Shown here one piece after another: positions 59,035 through 64,000 of a DNA stretch of 64,000 nucleotides. Origin of the DNA: a virus (taxonomy: Duplodnaviria; Caudoviricetes); the IMG/VR virus record IMGVR_UViG_3300012940_000024, positions 1-64,000 of that record. One strand, given 5' to 3'. Below the pieces are notes generated by a model, which saw only the letters and a program-made list of their open reading frames with translations, ran no database searches and had not been told where the DNA came from. Every line of letters begins with the position of its first letter. The stretch's first letter is position 1. Position numbers and translations under genes: made by a program.

Positions 59035-59411
59035 CAACAATAAGGAAAACAATTTCTATCTCTAGCAAAGATAAAAAATTACAAGAAATTATTCAAAGCG
59101 TACCGAATTATGAAGTCTCTCATGTTATCCGGCAGTTAATGTATGATGGCATTAAATACCGTAAATTAGTTGAAAATGGAGTAATAAATGATGAAACTGT
59201 GGCATTTTTACTCAAAAATAGCGAAAAATCAGTAAAAAATAGCGAAAATATCGCAAAAATTGAACAAAATAAGCAAAAAATCACAAAAAATGAAGAAAAA
59301 ATACAAGAAATTGAAGATTGTAGCGAAGAAATAGATATAAATGATATAAAATTAGAAGAAATTGATGAAAATGATGAAGATCTTGAAAATTTATTGCTAA
59401 ATAATGGCTAA
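59031..59411 (+). CDS. ParR-like adaptor/DNA-binding protein
   Basis: Overlaps the parM stop; RKTISIS...SHVIRQLM ribbon-helix-helix-like N-terminus, acidic C-tail. Confidence 0.6.
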   Translation: MTTIRKTISISSKDKKLQEIIQSVPNYEVSHVIRQLMYDGIKYRKLVENGVINDETVAFLLKNSEKSVKNSENIAKIEQNKQKITKNEEKIQEIEDCSEEIDINDIKLEEIDENDEDLENLLLNNG

Positions 59412-59433
59412 AATGCCATTATTTAGCAATTTT

Positions 59434-59835
59434 TTATCTTTTTATAGGTATCTGCAATAATGTTTTCTTTACTTTTTCATAATAATCAACTGATTCATCT
59501 TGAAATGATATTTTTTGTTTTATTTCTCCATTGGCATCTTTCACTACGAAAATCATACTGACTGTCACTTCATGTTTTTGATTCTGTTCCGGATGATTAA
59601 TATGATTATTATGAAGTAGCCAATCAAGATTGATGTTATGCTTTGCAACTAATTTAAAGAAGCCTTTTTCATTGTATATAGGCTTTTGTTTTCCTGTCTC
59701 ATATTTGGAATACTGCCTGTATTCAATGTCGCAATCTTTTATAAATTCCCTTTGCGTTTGATTTTTTGATTTTCTAACTAAAGCTAATTTTTCCCCGACT
59801 TTTTTCATATTTATTTCCTTCCAATTTACCAGCAT
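59434..59835 (-). CDS. Xre-family HTH regulator
   Basis: LALVRKSKNQTQREF...YSKYETGK...INLDWLL. Confidence 0.8.
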   Translation of the reverse strand: MLVNWKEINMKKVGEKLALVRKSKNQTQREFIKDCDIEYRQYSKYETGKQKPIYNEKGFFKLVAKHNINLDWLLHNNHINHPEQNQKHEVTVSMIFVVKDANGEIKQKISFQDESVDYYEKVKKTLLQIPIKR

Positions 59836-60008
59836 CTATTTTCACCTCTCCATTTTTATTCACCCAAAGTATAGATACTAAATTATTGTTTAATTTTCCA
59901 CTAAAAAATATCTCCTTTCCCTTTCATTATTTATTTTACAAGCATTGTAGCATTTTCCAATTCAAAAATCAAATACTCAAATAATTACTATTCGATAAAT
60001 AAACATGG

Positions 60009-60037
60009 TTGCATTTTTTATAAAAACAAGGTACAAT
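60009..60037 (+). promoter_or_regulatory. Sigma-A promoter
   Basis: TTGCAT-N17-TACAAT, 36 nt before ATG 60074. Confidence 0.65.
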
Positions 60038-60073
60038 ATACATATAATTAATTATATGTAAGGGGCAAACATC

Positions 60074-61102
60074 ATGAATAATACTGTGACAAAACAACCA
60101 TATAATAAAAAGAAAGTGTATGAATTAAAATTTATTAAAGAAAAGGTAATTAATTTTTTAAATGATAAAAGTGAAAATACCGCACTGAATTATAAAGTAG
60201 ATATTAATCAATTTACACAATACTTTTTTAAAAAGGATTGGGAATGTGTATTAGAAGAAGAATTAGAAAAAATTGAAGCAAACGATATTGTTACATATAA
60301 AAACTGGTTAAGGGAGCAATATTCTAACTCAACCGTTAATAGAAGAATCAATTCAATGAAAAGCATTTTCGGTTATTTAGAAGCAGACAATCCAAAAATA
60401 AGAAAAGCTATATTTAAGGTAACAAAAAGCTTAATGGAGAATCCCGACAGCTACGGTTCTCTTACATGGGAAGAAGTTTGTGAAATGATTGAAAGGGCAA
60501 AAAAATATCCTGATGGTGAAGAGTTTAGCATTTTAATTGAAGTAGCTGTAAAAACATGTATCCGGCTAAGTGCATTATTAAGCCTTACATGGGAACAAAT
60601 ATATGATAAAAATCAAAAAGGGGAAAACATTAAGGTTATAGAAGTAATAGATAAAGGGCAACCGCACATTAAACCCATTTCAGAAAAGCTATACCAACGG
60701 ATTGAGACATTAAAAGGAAATGAAGTTGTTTTCCGGCACTTCCATCCACATAAAGTAGGGAAGTATATTGAAAAGCTTTGCAAAGAAATGAATATCAGTG
60801 AAAAAAGAAATATCAAATTCCACTCATTTAAAAAAGCTGGTATCAACTATGTATTTGATACTACTGGTGACATTATGCTTGCACAACAACAAGGAAATCA
60901 TAAATCCAGTACCACAACAATGAAATCTTATCTCCAAAACAAAGAAGATTTAAGAGATATTCCTTCATATACAATGGGGGAAGATATTAATCTTGACGAT
61001 TTAAACAATTTAAGCAAGGAACAATTATTAGAAGCAATCAATAAATTAAGATCAAGTAGTAAATTAGAATTATTAAGAATTACAAAAGAAATTTTTCGAT
61101 AA
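60074..61102 (+). CDS. Tyrosine-recombinase-fold protein (SPbeta YopP-like)
   Basis: NSTVNRRINSMKS, TCIRLSALL, FHSFKKAG, GNH...TMKSYL, plus C-terminal extension. Confidence 0.75.
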   Translation: MNNTVTKQPYNKKKVYELKFIKEKVINFLNDKSENTALNYKVDINQFTQYFFKKDWECVLEEELEKIEANDIVTYKNWLREQYSNSTVNRRINSMKSIFGYLEADNPKIRKAIFKVTKSLMENPDSYGSLTWEEVCEMIERAKKYPDGEEFSILIEVAVKTCIRLSALLSLTWEQIYDKNQKGENIKVIEVIDKGQPHIKPISEKLYQRIETLKGNEVVFRHFHPHKVGKYIEKLCKEMNISEKRNIKFHSFKKAGINYVFDTTGDIMLAQQQGNHKSSTTTMKSYLQNKEDLRDIPSYTMGEDINLDDLNNLSKEQLLEAINKLRSSSKLELLRITKEIFR

Positions 61103-61106
61103 AAAT

Positions 61107-61142
61107 AAAAAAGATCCTGCCGTAATTGATGGGATCTTTTTT
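61107..61142. terminator. Bidirectional terminator
   Basis: AAAAAAGATCC...GGATCTTTTTT between convergent genes. Confidence 0.75.
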
Positions 61143-61153
61143 ATATGTAATTA

Positions 61154-61465
61154 TCATCTTAATTGAAGGAAGGTAATAACATCTTGAATTTTTAAATCAT
61201 CAACAAACATTTTTGCATTAACCAAATAAATCCATTTTAATTTCTTAATATGAGTAATATTAAATTCATAACAGATTTTCGTTTCAATAGCCTTTCTTAT
61301 TTTAAGATTCATTCTTTTTTTAACTTTAGATGGAGTTTTCTCTAAATTTTCTCCATAAAAATCTTTTGTTAATCTAAATGCATTAATTTCAATAATTTTT
61401 AATAATTCATTTATATCTTTTTGTGACAATCTATTTTCTCTAGAATTTTCTAATAAATGAGTCAT
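61154..61465 (-). CDS. Basic hypothetical protein (weakly ORF6C-like)
   Basis: 103 aa, RBS GGGG; lies downstream of the CRISPR array. Confidence 0.55.
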   Translation of the reverse strand: MTHLLENSRENRLSQKDINELLKIIEINAFRLTKDFYGENLEKTPSKVKKRMNLKIRKAIETKICYEFNITHIKKLKWIYLVNAKMFVDDLKIQDVITFLQLR

Positions 61466-61599
61466 TTCATAACCCCCATTAATTTAATTTGATGAAAGAA
61501 TATTTTGAGAATTTAATCTCTTTCTTTTTTTATCTTAATCCATACATTAGAATATAATGTGATTTTTAAGAAAATATAATTTTCCTGCTTATGTTGACG

Positions 61600-61899
61600 A
61601 TTTCAATCCACACATCTATGTATGATGTGACATATGCATATACAGACATTGTAATGCAATTCACTAACTTCAATCCACACATCTATGTATGATGTGACCT
61701 GTTTTGACTTGTATTTGTTCAGAAGGGATTCAACTTCAATCCACACATCTATGTATGATGTGACACGAGCGATAGCAAGCGATCTTATTCTTTTGAAATT
61801 AACTTCAATCCACACATCTATGTATGATGTGACAACAAACAGGACACACAAGGCGTTATGGAAGCCGACTTCAATCCACACATCTATGTATGATGTGAC
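61600..61899 (-). CRISPR. CRISPR array: 5 x 32-bp repeats GTCACATCATACATAGATGTGTGGATTGAAGT, 4 spacers
   Basis: Repeats at 61868-61899, 61802-61833, 61733-61764, 61667-61698, 61600-61631 (last ends GAAAT); unique spacers of 34, 37, 34 and 35 bp; internal hairpin CACATC/GATGTG. Confidence 0.97.
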
Positions 61900-62009
61900 A
61901 GCGAATTAAATATTATTAGTAATTTTTTTACCCATTTTTGAATTAACATTGAGAAATATTACTTATAAATATTCAAATCAATGTTTAAAACAACTTATTT
62001 TTAATAAAA

Positions 62010-62060
62010 TTTAGTGCGAATCATCTTGTAAATTTATGTTTGCTTTATATTCGCACTAAA
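62010..62060. repeat. 12-bp inverted repeat in the leader/tracr boundary
   Basis: TTTAGTGCGAAT-N27-ATTCGCACTAAA. Confidence 0.8.
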
Positions 62061-62190
62061 ATAACAAGATGTGTGAACTGCCTATACGGTAACACAATGT
62101 ATAGGATTAACCCTTAGGTGAGAGTTTAAAATCAAATTTAACCTCACCAGTCGGACATAGTAAGCTTGCCCGCCTATCATTAAAAATATA
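62060..62190 (-). ncRNA. Putative tracrRNA
   Basis: Minus-strand CAGUUCACACAUCU (62080-62067) pairs over 14 nt with repeat AGAUGUGUGGAUUG (two G-U); upstream hairpins CCTATAC/GTATAGG and GGTGAG/CTCACC; ends approximate. Confidence 0.7.
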
Positions 62191-62192
62191 GT

Positions 62193-63687
62193 TTATTTTG
62201 ATGTTATGGTATCATCCGTTTCTTTTATAAATTTTTCATTTAGATCAGATTCTTCAATTGGTTTAGCGTTTGCAATATTTTGACTGGCATTATAATCTGC
62301 GTTTGCTTCAAAACCACATTTTTTACATTTAAATAATTCCTGTCTTACACGTTGACCTTCTTCTAAATTTCCGCATTGGCTACAGGTTTGAGAAGTGTAG
62401 CTAGGATCAACAAAATAAACTTTAATTCCTTTTTTATGTGCTTTATAAACAATCATAATTTGAATTTGATAATATGACCATAAATCATTAAAGTTTTTTC
62501 TTTTCTTTTTTTTGTGATTAAATGATAATTTTTCTAAATGTATACTTTCAGCATTATGTTTTACTGCAAAATCAACTATTTTTTTACTTATAATATGACT
62601 ATGATTTTTGCGAAAGTTTTTTTCTTTTTTTTTCAATTTTTCTAATGATTTCATTTTTCGTTGGTATCCTTTTCCAGATCTATTACTATCAGAATCAATT
62701 TGAAGTCTCCTTCGCTGTGTTTGAATGGCAGTCCAAACTTTTAAACCCTTCTCTTTATAACTTATTTTTTCTTTTATATTTGGTTTATCATTTAATGATA
62801 CATAAGCAGAAATTTCTATTCCTAGATCTACACCAACAATTCTATTTGGAATTGATTTTTTTTCTTTTACGGGAATGTCTAAAGCCAAATTTAAAATTAA
62901 TTTTTTACCAACACTAATACTACTATCACATAATTTATATTCTTTATTGATAACTTTATCTAATAATGATATTAATTCATTTTTTTTTTGCTTTTTGTTT
63001 ACTTCCTTTTTTTAAAATAATTTTAAATAATACCCCTTTGCCCCATTCGCTATTTGCCCATTTATTTCTAATATTAAGAAAATAATCATCTCCTTCCTTA
63101 TAAATAACCATTGAACGATTTCTAATCATTAAATTATCAGTTTTTTTATATATTTGTATGGTTCGTTCTCCTTTTAATATCTCATCAATGTTATTTTCAA
63201 AATCTGCTTTTACTTTACTTATAATACGATTTACAGTATCATAATGCAGTTTAAATTTTTTATGTATTAGATTATCTATTAATGTATCTTCATTTAAAAT
63301 GATAGCTTTTTGATAAATTTTTTCAGCCTGATTATTAAATTGTTTTTCTAATTCAGTAAGTTTATCTTTAGCATTATTTAGTTCAATTTGTGCTTTTTGA
63401 ACTCTTTTAAGTGCTTTTTCTTTATCCTTTGCTTTATTAGCTTTTTCTTTTACATTAATTAAATTATTTAATTTTTTTTCAATTTTTTCATTTTGTTCTT
63501 CAATTTTTTCATTATATATTTCATTAATTTGTTTAAATTCTTGTGTGGCAACATGTTTGAAATAATAATGATTAAGTGTAAAATTCAATGCTAGAAATTG
63601 CTTATGTAATTCCTCACGCATAAAAATATTAATTTCATCTTTGTTTTCAGAAACAATTTTAATTTCAAACTTTCTTGTTAGTTTCAT
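62193..63687 (-). pseudogene. cas12f: Cas12f (type V-F/TnpB-related) nuclease, 497 aa if one A is removed from the A10 tract at 62980-62989
   Basis: Rejoined frame ...KQKAKKNELISLLDKVINKEYKLCDSSISVGKKLILNLALDIP...; RuvC D (GVDLG), E (IHLEKL), D (NADYNA); CSQC/CKKC Zn finger; adjacent array and anti-repeat. Confidence 0.85.
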
Positions 63688-63826
63688 AAATGTTTTTTCC
63701 TTTCTTTGTTTGACGTTTGATGATTATAACATTTGCTGAATTTACAATTTTTATGAAATGTAAATTTTTCCAATTAGAATAAAAATCCAGTCATTACAAA
63801 AAATATAGAAGAAAGGAGGTGATAGT

Positions 63827-64000
63827 ATGAAAAAGATTTCCTCCATTTTTCTAGGAATTTTCATGATGTTATTCTTTGCTGGACAAACACATGCACAAGG
63901 CATGGACACTTACATTGTTCAGCGTGGAGATAGCATGTGGAAGATTGCGGTGAAATATCAAATTGGAGTAAGCGAAATTATTAACGCTAACAAACAAGTT
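63827..64000 (+). CDS. Secreted LysM protein (SafA/ExsA-like LysM, often fused to a CAP domain), partial
   Basis: RBS AAAGGAGGTG; MKKISSIFLGIFMMLFFAGQTHAQGMDTYIVQRGDSMWKIAVKYQIGVSEIINANKQV signal peptide plus LysM. Confidence 0.75.
   Translation, partial: MKKISSIFLGIFMMLFFAGQTHAQGMDTYIVQRGDSMWKIAVKYQIGVSEIINANKQV

Larger units (their letters stand above)
1..64000. mobile_element. Large SPbeta-like temperate phage/prophage segment (extends beyond both window ends)
   Basis: Complete terminase-portal-head-tail-lysis module in SPbeta-like order, plus HU, YonK-like gene, recombinases; no host housekeeping genes seen. Confidence 0.93.

Noticed and set aside
59434-61465. Anti-CRISPR/aca module near the array
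   Set aside because: The Xre gene and the 103-aa ORF show no recognisable Acr similarity and are not in one operon; proximity alone is insufficient
61632-61867. Self-targeting by the four spacers
   Set aside because: No full match noticed by eye in this window; only a 10-nt overlap (TTGCATTACA) near 7602, expected by chance. A computed search is still needed
61603-61909. ORFs 61603-61881 (-) and 61685-61909 (+)
   Set aside because: Translations of the CRISPR repeats (VTSYIDVWIEV / TSIHTSMYDVT); no RBS
62193-63687. IS200/IS605 or IS607 TnpB transposon
   Set aside because: No adjacent tnpA or transposon-end signature; an array and an anti-repeat directly downstream favour Cas12f
1-64000. tRNA or rRNA genes
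   Set aside because: No cloverleaf/T-loop signatures or rRNA-like sequence noticed; tRNAscan was not run

Overview
A 64-kb, very AT-rich segment of a large temperate siphovirus/prophage of a spore-forming Bacillota host, with SPbeta-like gene order. Left end (1-8.5 kb): the partial gene of a serine recombinase, then an array of small individually terminated accessory genes (SpoVK-like AAA+ ATPase, DGQHR/DndB-like protein, a gene with a sigma-G-type promoter). From 57.7 kb down to 8.8 kb on the minus strand: RecD2 helicase, HU, YonK/YonJ-like genes, terminase, portal, head, tail, tape measure, distal tail, a 4375-aa multi-enzyme tail protein built from nested domain insertions, endolysin and tail fibres. 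A ~19-20-nt motif recurs seven times at gene junctions in this late region. Right end: a parM-parR cassette whose parM is broken by an isolated group II intron domain I, a tyrosine-recombinase-fold gene, and a compact type V-F-like CRISPR locus. That locus has a cas12f split by one extra A in an A10 tract, a putative tracrRNA with a 14-nt anti-repeat, and 5 type I-C-like repeats with 4 spacers; no cas1/cas2/cas4 is adjacent. No tRNA or rRNA genes were seen. All family assignments come from motif recognition by eye and from recalled reference sequences, not from database searches.
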